This document shows, piece by piece, positions 12,446 through 25,990 of a DNA stretch of 64,000 nucleotides. The position numbers and the translations under genes were made by a program. A model generated the notes under the pieces. The model was not told the origin of the DNA. It saw only the letters and a program-made list of their open reading frames with translations, and did no database searches. Origin of the DNA: Lama glama (Eukaryota); assembly GCA_028534125.1 (NCBI GenBank), contig CM052818.1:10356001-10420000 (forward strand). The letters run 5' to 3'. Position 1 is the stretch's first letter, and every line of letters begins with the position of its first letter.

Positions 12446-14429
12446 CTGTGATATGTTGGATGGTGCAGTGTGTGGTCTCAGGGATTCTCAGGCAACTCCT
12501 ATTCCAGTTACTGTCTCCCCTCACGGTTTCCTGTCTTCTTTGAGGATCTCCTAATCTTAGATGGACAAAGTGTGTTCTAAAATGTGACAAGACCAGAGAC
12601 TTTTAAAAGAAATATGTTTATTTATTAATTTTTTAATAAAAGCTAGAGCACTAGCTGGAGAAAAAAACAGGGACCACCTTCAAAATGATAATGAGATGAA
12701 AGATTGAAGCTAATGAGGAGAGAAAATGCTACTGAAACTAGTCTCACTCTTTCGGTTGTTGCCAAGATCTCCTGTTGGCTCCCTGCTCTGTGCAGTTTTA
12801 CTTTGTCAAGGTAGGAGGAGGCATATCAACGCCGAAGTCAGACTCATTGTGGAGAAGAGTGAGGGGTCTGTGTCAGTTGCATTTTCTTTCTTTGTGAACT
12901 TCAGAGAAGTGTTGGCAGCAACCAGATTGGAGATCTTACAGGTAAGGGTTTTAGAGCTTCTCAGAGAGCCTGCGTTTTTGGTGAGCTCCTAGGTTTGTGG
13001 GATGTAGAATTCATGTGAAAACTATTCAAATATTCTGAAAGAAAGAGATTTTAATATTAACTTTTGAGTTGATTGTAGGTGGTTTTGGTGCTAATAGGTT
13101 AGGACATGCTATTCAGAAATTAGTTCCTTATAGCCAGGGGTCAAAAGGCAATTCCCAGGGTCGTTTTGAGACAGTGAGATTGCACCGAGAAGGAGGTAGC
13201 TGACTTTTGGTTCTTTAGATCACCAAATTTTTTGTGATTGAGGTAATTAATTTGTTACTATCAGTGTATGATTTGTAAAAAATGCAATTTTCTAAGTGGC
13301 AAATTTTCTCCCATGGAAGAGATGGCTTTTGATCGGGTGGGAGTGGGGTGAGGAAGTGAGTAGGGGTTTTGGGGGCTCAGAAGTTTGTTTCTTGCCTAAC
13401 TTCACATGCAGCACGGTAACTAACTCAGATAACTCCATGGGGGCCTCACCTGGCTTTCCTGTATGGTGTCTAATTTTCTTCCGTCTGAGTTATAATGTAA
13501 TCACATTAAGTTGTCAAAACTTGGACTGTGGAAGAGAGTAAGGTAATAGAGGGAGACCCAAATTCCCTGGGCATTTCTGCTTAACATGACTTTTATGACC
13601 TTTGGCATAAGTATTAACCTGAGAATGCCAACTTTGTCATGTCTACAAGTATGTGTTCATGGGTGGACAGGGTGAGATGAGGGGTGACATTTGACATGTA
13701 TTACAGTAGGCACAATGCCAAAGCAGACAATTGAAAAATGAAACTGTATGCTAAATAGTTTATTTGACATCTTTAGACAAATAAATTGTGTTGCTTAAGA
13801 GAGTTTTAGCTTTGAAAAATTGGAATTGATAATCTTATGGATTTGTGGGTAGTAAATGTTGTGTGCCTGTAAATTTAAAGAAGGGATTGATATGCCTTTA
13901 TTGATACTCTCTGAGGGTAATTAAAAACACTGCCTTCTACACAGACTGGAATATTTATCTGATTTTTATTGATTTATAAAATTGTAAAAGTAATGTAGCA
14001 ATAACATTAAGTGAATTTAGAAGAGGGGAAAAAAAAGAAAAATCTCCAGCAATCTTACTATTCTGATGTCATAACTTTTTTCATGTTTGACTTTTCCCTT
14101 TTTGCTATTTGCTGATATATTTTTACCCAGTTGGAATCCTAGCTACACAGACTTTTAATTTACCCAGTAAGATTTGCAAACTGGAAACAGCTTCAGTAGT
14201 AGACCCATGGACAGATGAGCAAGAAGGGGCGTTAGAAAGCGTCTGGCTTGCTCTTCTTGTTCTGTAGGTGAAATGGCAGAAGCCCAGAGATGTGAAGGGA
14301 TTTGCTTGAAGGACAGAGATTGAGAGTAGCTGAGCTGGGGCTTTTCCCAACACAGTACAGCTTCTGACCACGCCACGATTTCTCTCTTAGTCCTGAGACT
14401 TGCCTCCAACACCACATATCTCTTTAACT

Positions 14430-14500
14430 TGTGTGTATATTCATAACATATTTATATACATATGTGTGTATATATATATATCAATATATATTTATAGACA
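14430..14500. repeat. (TA)/(TG)-rich low-complexity tract
   Basis: Directly visible. Confidence 0.8.
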
Positions 14501-15450
14501 TGAATTGCTAATAGATGGAAAAGCTTAATTATGACAAACTCCAACTTTATGAACAATTATAAACACTGAAAAGATTTGAAAAAATATTCATGAGACTATG
14601 GAATTTTACATTTTCACACATAACAAGTCTCCTAAAAAAGTTTTTTCTAAGATTTCATGCTATGTACTGCTTGGTCATTTATGATGGGATGCCACTGCCT
14701 AGAAATGTGAAAACCTTGGCCCTGGGAAGTAAGCCCATAGGAGATGAAAAAGAAAATAAAGTTGTAGGGTGAGTTCCTTACAATGGACAATTGTTTTCTC
14801 ACAAATGAAACAAAAGTTTATATAAACCTTTTTTAAATGGGGAAACCACAAGCCTATTTTATTTATTTGTTTGGTTCTAAGTGGTGATAAAGATTGATTT
14901 CCCATTGTGATGGAGGGTCTATTAAAAAAAAAATTCTGGCCTTTAATATTAACCTTTAGCAGAAGTCTATAGAAATGGTAGTCACCATCTTGGAATGTTT
15001 TTAATACATCTAAATTAAAGCTTTCTCTCTTTTAGGTGTAGTTAGCCATACCTTTGGAAATGAATAACTACAGAGAATTAAAAGAGAATGAAAACATCTA
15101 GCCAGATTTGCTTGAGACATAGATTTGTAGATAATTTTAGGGAGGGGATTCTTTTCCCTTGACTGGAAATCAATTTTGGTAGTTAAAAATATCTGTCAAA
15201 GGCAAATATTTTTCCAACTTCAAATCAGCTCCTTGAATGAACATTGCTTTTTTTTTTAAATAGAAGATGCTCTTTTGGATTTTCTAGTTCAGGAAGAATC
15301 ATGTATCTCTAGCACATCAGCACACACTGTCACAAAAATAAGTGCTTAATAAATATTTCTTAATGGGATTTTCTTCATTCAGTTCCTTTACCTTCTGGCC
15401 TGTCTCTCCTGTTGGTACTCTCCAGAAACAGGTCTTCTGTGTAGTTTGTA

Positions 15451-15803
15451 TCTGTCTAGTAGACAAGGTTATGCTGCATGCAGTAACAAACTAGCCAGAC
15501 ATCTCTGTGACTTTGCACTCATGCTACATATCCATCTTGGGTCAACAGAGAGGCTCTGCTCATCTAGTCACTCAGGGATTTAAAGCGATGGAGGTTCTGT
15601 TTCAACAAGTCGTCCTGCATCATTGTTGTAAGGAGGAAAGGATCCTGAGCATTGTGTTGCTCCTAAATCTTCTACCCAGAAGCAACACTTATCACCTTCT
15701 GTGTTGGCTTAGGCAAGACATATGGCCACTCCTTGGTCAAATCCTACCATGTTGTCTGGAAGGAGGATCAGAATAAGTAGGAACAGTCTTGATGACTACA
15801 ACA
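15451..15803 (-). mobile_element. Old MaLR solo LTR (MLT1K/MLT1L-like)
   Basis: aggttatgctgc...agtaacaaac...ctcatgctacatatccatc...ggctctgctca...gtcactcaggga...atcctaccatg...gatgactacaaca. Confidence 0.7.
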
Positions 15804-16204
15804 TTATTATATATGATGGTGATTCAGGTGGACTTTTTCCTAAAGAGTTTAAAGTGTTTTCAGTGTTTATACCTAATCCACAGTTAAGTGGGATAGGTAG
15901 ATTGGTGGTGTCACTGCTCCTGGAGGAAGTGAAAGGACATAGGGACTTACTTGAAGACATGGAATGTGTTAGTAGATATCCTGACACCCAGACCTCCAGA
16001 TGCCTGATGTGCAGTCTTCAGAACCACCTTCTTGAATGGCTCTCATTAGTCTTTTCAGGAATAACTCTCATTTCTTTAAACATCTTGAATCCAGGTCTCT
16101 GTGTGATGATGAGTATTTGCAGTTTCAATGGACTTTGAAATGACTGGCCTTTTTTTCTGGAACAGTTCTGGGAGGCTGGATTGTGTAGACTATAAATAAG
16201 AAAA

Positions 16205-16420
16205 TAAAATTTGGATTAAAGTCAGGCAAGTCTGGGTTTAAATTCTGGTTTTGTCTGTCTACCATGTGACCTTGGGGAAGTAACTTAACCTGTCTGAAAT
16301 TTTCTTTCTTTGAAAAAAGAGGATAATATTCCCCGCCTTGCAGGTTGTGGTGATGAGACAGGAAAGGCTGTAGAAGGCATAGCACAATGCTTGGCACCCA
16401 GGAACAGTTATGTAAGTGGG
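16205..16420 (+). mobile_element. MIR SINE
   Basis: ctgggtttaaattctgg...catgtgaccttggggaagtaacttaacctgtctga...tagcacaatgcttggcaccca. Confidence 0.8.
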
Positions 16421-17599
16421 ATAACATCACCCAATTCTTCAGCGCTTTGGTTGCCTGCATTTTGAGCACTGGAACAGGCCCAGGAATGCTGGGGGCACTG
16501 TTCCCAAGTGAGGCTGATATCGTTTGAAGATAAACAACTTGCTTTCTGTTTGTTGTAAGCTTCTCAACTTATTTTGCTAAAATATTATAAAGTTCTAAGT
16601 TCCACTATACATTTCATGGCCTTTTTTGTTTTGTTTTCTTTCCTCCCCAGTTCTTGGAACTGCTTTTAGGGCAACCCAATAGTCATGGTGTGGGCAAGGA
16701 GGCACCAAGGAATTACTGAAGTCAAACAGCAGCTTCTAGAAGCAACCTCATCCTAGTTCCAAGAAACTTTTAGACAATGCCAAGGAGACTTTCTGTTATT
16801 TATGGGGAAGCTTGAACAGTGGGCATAGCCGAGAGGAATCTCAGCACTGAGCTGGCCGCCTTGTTGAAAAGCATACCTCTGCTCTAGGCAGAAGATGGTC
16901 TGGTCTCGCTTGCCCTGTTTATGGGACGCCAGCTTCATCTGTTGTGGTTCGTGTGGGCGGGCTCACATGTTTCAGCGGTGTTGTTGGGTGCTTTGTAGGT
17001 CTTCTTTCACTCTGAGTTTCTCTTTGCTCCACTTTCAAGGTGAATTGCAGTAAGGCTGGACCAAAGTCAGGAGGATTTGGGAAAAAGAAAACAAAACATC
17101 ATTTTGATTCAACAGTTGCTTAGTAAGTAGCTGCTGACCAGGAATCCACCACTTGTTTTGACTATTCTAAGCCAAAAAAAGAAAATTCAAAAGGGTTTAT
17201 GAGCATAGATACCATCTCTGTTTTTTTAAGGCCCACAAATAAAATCTAATCTTTAGAAGTGTGTACCTGCTTGTAGAGAGACAAAATTTGGAATGTGTCT
17301 AATTAAGCAACTCAAATTGAAAACTAGTTAAAATCCCATCCCTTAGATTTCATTTTAAATACCTCCTCTCCTCTCGTTTCTCTCCCTCACCCCCACAGCT
17401 CTAGCTGGCTTCTTTCTTCCTTCCCTCTCTCTGAGATGCTGAAATGGGTTTATGTTTAGCAAGCCTATTCAAAACCTGGAAGGTCGATGCTTTTCTTTGA
17501 GCTGCTTTGAATAAATGATAACAAAACATGATCTTTGCTCAATACCCCCTCCCCCACCTCTTTCTCCCCAACCTTTTTTTTTTCCTTTCCGTAATATAC

Positions 17600-19260
17600 T
17601 GGGGAGAAAAAAACTTTCCAAACACAGAACTTTATGGCCAGAGACAATCTGGCTGCTGGAATAAACAGTCTGCTCCCTCGTTTACCATTCCATCATGGGC
17701 TTAAATCCTGAGAAGCTCGCGGCTGCCCGCAATAGTTCTTGCTTGGCAGCAGGGAAGTCTGCCAATGTCCCATCAGGCTTGTTTCTTAAGCAAAGTTGTA
17801 TAAGTTAACAGGTTTTATTGTTGGGGGTAATCTCGGGTTGTTCTTACAGGAGGAAGGGACGAGGCCCCCAGAGTGTTTGCCAGCAACAGCCCTTGGCTTT
17901 ACTCATTCCCGCTCCTCATTAATTTGTGTGAGCTCAGCTTGGATAACAAACGGTGGGGCAGGGGGATCCTATTCAGCCAGGCCTGGCCCTGGTAAGGCCT
18001 GTGAGCTAATTGCTCTAATTGAGTGGGAGGGGCTGCCTTCCTCTCGATTCTATCCCTTCCTGGCCCTGTTTGGAGAGGAATGAATGGAGGCCCACTTCAG
18101 CTCCTGCTGGCAGCCCTGCGGCCGGCTGGGCCCTGGGATCCACTGCTGGGATCCACATCACGGTCAGCCCTCTTACAACTGCTGCTCTGGTCCTTCACTG
18201 TGTGAAGAGTTATTCCACCAGTGCTCATTCTGGGCTTTGCTCTCTTGCTTTCTCTTGCTTTCCTTTTGGGTTGAGAAACATTCTGCCATAATTTATATCT
18301 GGGAAACAGCATTAGAAATGTGTTAGCGTTCCGCTCCGGATGGACAGATCATTTACAACCAGCACAATATATTATCAATGTGCTGCTCTTTAGGACCTGC
18401 TATGTAATAGACATGTAATGAAGCATAGGGAACATGGATTTCATTTCAAGCCCCGAAAGGGGAAAATGATTTCTGGGTGGAAAACTCACCCCAGGTGGGG
18501 GGCAAGGGGTGGGGGCTTGGGGGCCGGGGGAAGGGTCTGTCTCTTTAAGACAGACTAGGAGGCAAACCAAAAGTCATCAACTCCGAAAGTAACAAATGAG
18601 AGCCCAGAGCTGTGGAGCTAATGCGCAAACTTGTTTCTGTCCTCTATGGCGCCATCATTTATTCAGGAGGTAGAAGCAGAAGATGGGGACTTGCATTTGC
18701 TTGATACTCAATTATACATTAGTGTACATCACTTGGCAATCTGTTCATATCAATTTAATTGGATTTTAATATTGCCTCTGATCTTGTTGTCCAATTAACA
18801 GTACTGGCTGGCAATAAAGCAGAACCACACACTATGTAACACCTTTGATCCCTGCCATATGGAGCTCTTCCATTGATTACCACATTTTCAAAAAATTTCA
18901 CTCTCTCAATATGGGCTGTGATAAATGGGAGAAAAAGCACATCCCTGATGTGATAAAAATTTCACTTCAACTCGCAACTTCATTTATTTTGTTGACATTC
19001 GGCTCTGATTAAGAACAATAAAAAAATCATGCCCTGAATATCATATGCAAATACAACCCTGGGCATGAATCTAATCATGCCATGGGAGCATTACCATGAC
19101 TAGCCTGGCATCGGCTCAATATTTTTTAAAGTGACAGCATACACTTCTGGGTTCGCTGTGCAAAGTAGTCGCCACTGCTATGTCATTTAATAAACATCTG
19201 ATATTTCGGTTCCCACCAAGGCATGAAGAAAGCATCTGAATTTCTGCCTGTTGTTATGAG
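17600..19260. promoter_or_regulatory. Candidate conserved non-coding element / developmental enhancer cluster
   Basis: Lies in a block with no recognised repeat. Retains CpGs. Motifs: paired CTAATTG (18006, 18015), ATGGCGCCAT (18646), GCAATAAA (18811), CCTTTGATC (18842), CATATG (18856), ATGCAAAT (19045). Conservation is inferred, not measured. Confidence 0.5.
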
Positions 19261-21534
19261 GCCTGTGCCTTCAGGTGATGCCTGGCATTGACCTCTCCTA
19301 TGCCCATCTCTCTACTCCCTGCTCCCCGGGAGCCAGGCAGCTAGGTGGGAGCTGGGATATGGTGAGGTTCCTGGGTGACCCCTCAGGCTTCCACCTCATC
19401 TTGGGGCCACGTTTCAGGATGGGTTAGGGGATGGAGCTTTCATTTGGAAGGGGCTGGAAAACCAAGGACAAGACCTGCCTGCTCTAGGAAGCTCGTGAAT
19501 GTGTGTGTGCACGCCAGCTTCCTGTTTGCCTCTTGGAGTTATGCAAGCAATTACGGCTTAATGCCCTGGAGACACTCCCAAATGACAGGATTAACCCCCA
19601 AGGGAAACAGGCTTCTGTTGTGAAGGATTACATCAACGTTCTAAAAAGCCCTTCCACAACTCTGAGGAATCGCTGATCCTTTTCATGCCTCCACAAGAAG
19701 GTTGCCAGTGGCCAGAGCCTGGAAATGCCGAGAGGCCCCTGTCTGATTGTGGGCTCTGCTCTCTCACTTTTCTGCTCATCCTGCTCCGGGACAGACTCCT
19801 GGATCATCTCTGTGCCTGTGCTGCTGAGTGTAAGCCAGCTGGTCCTGGGGAGTTTGAAACTCCCAGCTTTAGAACAGGGTCGGCTACCCCAGCACTCATG
19901 GGAACTTGGGATAGAAGCAGGGTGGGCAAGGTGGCTGTGCCCAATGGAAGTGGCAGCCAGGACTCTCCTGGAATCCCGACAACTTTGGAATGTGGGAGGG
20001 GGCTAAGGCTGTTGGTTACATATGTCATAAATTATTTCTTGACCATTAGCAGTGTTTCTGCCTCATAACTGTTCTTCAGGCATATTAAATCAGCGAGAAG
20101 GAAGAGCATGCTAGGACATCTGGGGCTGCCAGATAATTCAGTTAATTTCTATTCCCTTGAACCTGGAGGTGTTAATTTGGAAGCACAACAGAAGAGTCTG
20201 AAGAATGCTAATACGTCATTTGAATGATTAATGCAATCAGGGGGATTGGGGGGACCTCTGTTTACTCTTTAATTTTGACATGGCACAGCAAGGAGGAGAG
20301 TGGCTGATTTTCCAAAGTTAAGGTCAAGTTGGTTTCATTTCAGTCACATGGCCTCGGCTGGGGTTTGGGGAGCTAGGGTGACTCAGAAGGGCTGTATTAG
20401 GCGATGGGGGCCAGTTTTGTTCATATAATGGCTACCACCAGGAAAACAGATGAAATTGTTTGTGATCTGATGAGCCCTGTCTTCTTGGGTAAGGAAGCTC
20501 CCAGAAGCTGCTGGGAACAGCAAACAGAAGAAAAAAGAAAGAAAGGAAAAGAGACAGCCTGGAAAATAGTAGCTGAAAATAGGTGATAGCCTTATAATGT
20601 ACATGTATTTTTATCTGACATTTCCAAATTGAGTGGCTTTCTTTAAAAGAAGGAAAATATTTCCAAATTTATTTAAATGGAACCTTATTAGGGAAAGCTT
20701 AGGACTGTGCAACTATTTAAAAATATATTTTGAGGAGAGACGCAAAGGAAGACCTTTAATTCTTAGCAGACTGTAGGCATTTTAAAGAAGCCTTGTGTCT
20801 GTTTATTGTGCTGCCTCTGATTAGAGGCAGTTTATGACTGTGATAACAGAATATATCAAAGGGCACTTTCCCCCCACCAGCCAGACACTATAGTATCTCC
20901 TTTTTAAAACAAAGGAGGTATTGTGAGAGTGAAAGAGATTTGGCCCCAAGCACTAAACAAATTCTAGAGAGCAGGAAAAACCCTGTTATTATGTTAATAG
21001 TAAATTAATGTTTTGCAATTTACCCATATCACCTCAGAATAGGTGTTGTTCAAAAGTACCTATTGGAAATATTCGGCAAACACACTGGAGAAGAGGAGAA
21101 GTCAAAATGTTTAGCCTCCTATAAAGCCTTGTGTTTAATCTACAAGTGGAGCTTCCCGGTGCTAGAAATACCTGTTTTCCTGTGGTGCCACCCAGACGCT
21201 GCTTCCGGAAGCTGGGATGCAGGGCCACCTTCCTGACAGTCTCCCGTGGTTTAGAGTTTTCCTTGTGTGTTAATGACCAGGATGGACAGTAGTGGATGAA
21301 CAGAAACAGAAAGGATCTTTCCATCTCAGAATTCTTTGACTCAGTGACTAGCCCAGACTTCCTGAGTCTATAACACAGTGAGTATCACTTCTCAATGACC
21401 ACTGCCTTTGGCCTTTTGTCTTAGACGACCCATGGGTCTAAGTTTAAATAGGGCCCTGAGTTTGAACAGACCTCAGTTTTGATGTTCATGGAAGCAGTAC
21501 ATATGAACTTCTTTGTGCAAGTCCAATATAGAGA

Positions 21535-21715
21535 TTAATAAACATTTTACAGAGGAGCTATACATGCCAGGAAATGTACAGAACCCTTTTTTGGAACATA
21601 AGATTTTTCTCAGTTAATTCTCAAAACAACCCTGAGAGATAGGATTTATTACCCATATTTTACTGATTAGGAAATTGTTGCTAAGTAACTTGCCTAAGGC
21701 CCCAGCTGAGAGGGT
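21535..21715 (-). mobile_element. MIR SINE
   Basis: ttaattctcaaaacaaccctgagagatagg...attttactgattaggaaattg...taagtaacttgcctaagg. Confidence 0.75.
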
Positions 21716-21845
21716 TGGGGGCATGTTTTCTGGCCAGGCTCTTCTAGGCACAACTGTGAAGTGGACTAATTCCTTTAGGACCCTAGGCATCCTCTCTGGT
21801 ACATTTTCCCTCTCTCAGTGATGTTTCCTCTTTCCTTCAGGCATC

Positions 21846-21848
<3 letters not shown>

Positions 21849-21878
<30 letters not shown>
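21849..21878. repeat. Perfect (TG)15 microsatellite
   Basis: Counted directly. Confidence 0.95.
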
Positions 21879-21882
<4 letters not shown>

Positions 21883-22596
21883 ATTTTATGCTCTATGTTT
21901 TCACCAAAACCTACTTTCAAAAAAATATCTTATTTTAGTCATATATTCTTTAGTATGAGTTTAAACCCAAGTCAGAAACCATGCTAGGCTTTTTTTTTAA
22001 AACATATAATTTTTCTTGATTAATTCTCAAGGGATCTCAGTATTTAAAATTTTATAGCTAATAATGGAGTAAAATATTCTACCTGCCTAAGTAGCTGAGG
22101 CATTAACAAGTAGGAACAATTAGGGCAGATTTGCCTTAATCTTTCAAGTAAAGTAAATGTTGGCTTTCTCTGCCATACGCCAACTAGAAGCACTCTGGAA
22201 AACAGGATTTCTGGTAAACCTTATTATGGACAATGGAAATTGTTTTAAATAAAGCACCAGAATAGGAGTGAGGAAGCCTGGATTTCAATCTCATGTCACT
22301 AAAATGTGTTTTGGGGCATACAAGACTGGAAAATGAAAGACTTGGATCATAGCTGTATTCTCTCTCTACCTCCTCATCCATAACAGACATTATTGATTAA
22401 TCTTGGGGCTCTATCTGATCAAGCCTGAATGCTGTGTGGAATCCATCTCTACTGATCCTCCAAGCAGCATTATTTATCTGTCATTTGCAGTTGGCATTCA
22501 AGACGAAACCTGTTGCCACCCAATGGCTAGATGGTATCCAGCATTTCTTCTAGTTAAAAATTCTCTTAGATCTTCAATGGAGGCATGTAACTAGAT

Positions 22597-22760
22597 CCAT
22601 GGTTCCTAAACCTGTCTGAGCATAAGCACTAGGGGCTTTGTAAATACACCTCGTCAGTCAGATTCTCTAGGAGTGAAATTTGAGAATCTGTATTTCTCTA
22701 AAGCTCCTCCACTGATTGTGATGTAGCCAACCTATGGACTGGCATTTGGGCACTGCCACT
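22597..22760. mobile_element. MER5-family hAT-Charlie MITE
   Basis: ccatggttcctaaacctg...tcagattctctagg...gaatctgtatttc..taaagctcc...tgattgtgatgtagcc. Confidence 0.65.
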
Positions 22761-23242
22761 TAAGACAATGTGATTCAGAGTTTTTTTCTTTTTTTAACAA
22801 TGAGAATTTACAAGTTGAAATCATTGGCAGTTTTAGTAGAGCCTTGTGAATTGACTTTTAATTAGCTAAACATTTCTGATGAATTTCTACTTTTAAGTTA
22901 TGCTCTTTGTCACCAATCTTCTGAAGAGTCCTATGAAATACAGCTCATTTTTGGACTTATCATAGTGCCCTGCTCTGGCTGGGTTCAAATATTGGACACA
23001 CAAGCTTATCAATTGGGTGGCTTTGAATAAGTTATTTAACATAGGCAAATAATTTAATCCTCTATAAAACCAACATTAGAATACCTACCCTTGTAGAGTT
23101 GTTGAGATTCCAAGATTCTGTTATTTCTGCTTGATAATGTACGTTAACAGTTACTGAGCACCTATCATGGACCAGGTCTTATAAAATCAAGTTGAGAGGC
23201 AAGATGCTTAAACAGAATCATGGCTTCTGAACGTCTTCTAAA

Positions 23243-23460
23243 CCAGTGTTTTACTTTTCTTATCATGATTCCCATGTTACACTTAAGCACGTGTATATAC
23301 ACAGACAACTGAAACAAAAGTTTCTCAAAGCAATATTTATCCTTGCTGTGTGTAATGCACTTTACGATTTTCCATTCTATCCCATTAAACAATACTGACC
23401 ATGACCCCCACATTAATATCATGGGCCACTAGTGATCATTACCTGTGCTAGACCACTCTC
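23243..23460. mobile_element. Charlie4z-like hAT element
   Basis: aactgaaacaaaagtttctcaaagcaatatttatcctt...tgtaatgcact...attttccattctat. Related sequence in opposite orientation at about 51.05-51.32 kb. Confidence 0.55.
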
Positions 23461-25990
23461 TTCCCCAGTTCACTTCAACATGACCATCCACCTTGTTTAT
23501 ATACTACTTCCAGTGATGGAGAAACTCTTTGAAGCCAGGAAAAATATCTCTCAATTCACTCTAGCTAGCATTAATTGAGCATCAACCATGAAGAAAGCAG
23601 TCAGCTGTCTTCATGCTGCATGATTTTATCTAAGAGCCTGTAAACTGATTATTTGGAGTGCTGATTGGGTTTCCATGGTACCCTTAGCTGATCCTTGGGT
23701 ATCCAGGATCTCCTCTGGTACTGCTTTCTATTCTAGACTATGAAGTCTTCATTCCTATCAAAACTCAGCTGTCCAGTGACTCAGTGTTGATAAGCTAATT
23801 ACGGCCAGGAGGTTCCTGACTGACGGTGACAGGTATTACCTTGGGATTTAAAGAGTAACCTTTGAAGGCTAAAACAAGGACTTTTTTTTATTAGACAAAG
23901 CTAGTAGAGAATTTTGGTCTTGATAGAATTTTGGAACCATTTGAAACTTTCTACTCTTGGGCACCAGGACTGAGAATTTAGACTGAGTGTGCAGTTGTAT
24001 GTTGGACTCAGATTGGACTAGTGGTGTATGCTGTCATGGTTCCTCTGAACATGCCAGAGTATAAGGGATGCTTCTGTGAGTGTTTGTTTTGGTCTAGAGG
24101 GCAGGTGAGACAAAAAGTTCACATGTGCATTCTAAAGTGTGAGGCATGACCAAGAATAAATTCCTGGATGAGGACTGCAGCAGAAATAATCACATAATTC
24201 ATGTTTGAGGCAATGACAGTGCACTTATGTAGGGGAAGCACTTACGTCTGAAACTCAGATTTGTGTCAGGTTAACATCAGGGTTGGATTCCTTTGAATTG
24301 ATTAAACTGATTGTTACTTGAATTAGCTATATGGCCATTAAGCACTGATCCAAAAGAATTTCTGATTTTAAAAAAATCAATATAAAGTTGCTGATTTGAT
24401 AAGAAAGACACCTGGATGTCCTTGTTAAGCCATAGGGAGGTTTCTGATACCCTCTTCCTGGGGGTTGGCTGTAATGGTCATCAAGATTAAACTCTTTAAA
24501 TCTGCAGTGATATTGCATTAACCAAGGATAAGTGGGGAGGAAGAGGAGATGCACATACGTTCACACATAGTGCAAAAGGGGAATGGCAGAGAGGGAAGGA
24601 GGGAGAGAGAGAGAGTTATAAACGATTCCTTGAGAGACCTGATGGAACCCAGGGATTAACTAGGCTTCACACAAATGAGTGTGTACCACTACATAGTATA
24701 TTGGAATAGGAAGCTGGGAGTGATAAAAAAAAAATTCTGGTTTAAGGATCAGCCAGTTGAGTGACCTTAGACAAGTTAATTGACATCTTTGGACTTACTT
24801 CCTCATTTAGAAAATAGAAGGGTTAGAAGACAAGATTTCTCTTAGGCCTTTCTATAGCTTGAAAAATGCTATTATTCTAGGGATTCACACATCAGTGAAA
24901 CATTACAATGGCTTCTAAGCAATGCTGCCCAAATTCATAAATTTACCCATTCAACAAATATTGAATAATAGTGCCCACTAGCATTTTAGCTCCTCTGCAA
25001 AGAAACGAAAGTTTCTCTGCTGTGCTTGATACTACTACTTGGCCTTTACACTTTTCTGGGCTCAGTCAAAACCCAGGCCATAGCAGGCTAAGGATAGATT
25101 CTGTCGCAGGAAAGGAGGCAGGGTAGTTTCAGGATTTAATGCCAAGCCTACTTTGGTCTACAGATGCCAGACATCCTATTTCCTTTTTCTTCAGAGGAGC
25201 AGCAGCCAGAAAGGATCTTCCTGCTGGCTTCCATGGGCAGCTGTTGGCTGATGGGTGTTAAGGGGAAGAGAGGGAGGAAGGGTCATCCTTCTCAGGAGCC
25301 AACCGGCTATGTGCATCAAAAGCAAACGATGACATCAGTAAACCCTGGTCTTACCCATATAGGGAAATGAGATTCTTATGTAGTTCAGAACTCATCCTTT
25401 GGGGTTGGTAGGTCAGAGATCAAGGGAGAAGAACCCAGGGGAAAACCAATTATAAGACATTAAAATAATATGGATCTATATTGTTGAAAATCCTGAAAAA
25501 ATAAATGAGAAAATGCAGCATGAAGTATCTAACCAAAAACAGAAAGAAGAAACATCATGTCAGTCCAACTGAGCTCATGGTCTTTCTCACTGATTGTGCC
25601 TGCATATTTTAGGATACTGCTTGTAGCCTGTTGCCTTAGAATTTATTTTTTACATTGTCTAATTTTACACCCTAGTCATTACTACAAAACTTACCAACTT
25701 TTTTAGAACTAATGAGTTATAGGATGAAATATGTAATAAATATTGTCATATTGATGTAATATAAAACTAATAAATATGCACACAACAGGATTATTTTAAT
25801 TATCATCTTAGTGACAAGCAGACATAGGAATACATTTAAACTTCTTAAAAACTGGACTCTTTGTTAGGGCAAAAGTTATAGATTATTCCAGGTGATGTAA
25901 TTTATTTGATTTTTGAAATTTTTAATAAATATGCTATATGTGAATTACATATACAGAAGAGTACACAATCATAAGTGTAAAGCTGAATTT

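Noticed and set aside
25355..25492. Minus-strand exon candidate with good acceptor and GTAAGA donor
   Set aside because: Stop codons in all three frames and no other support.
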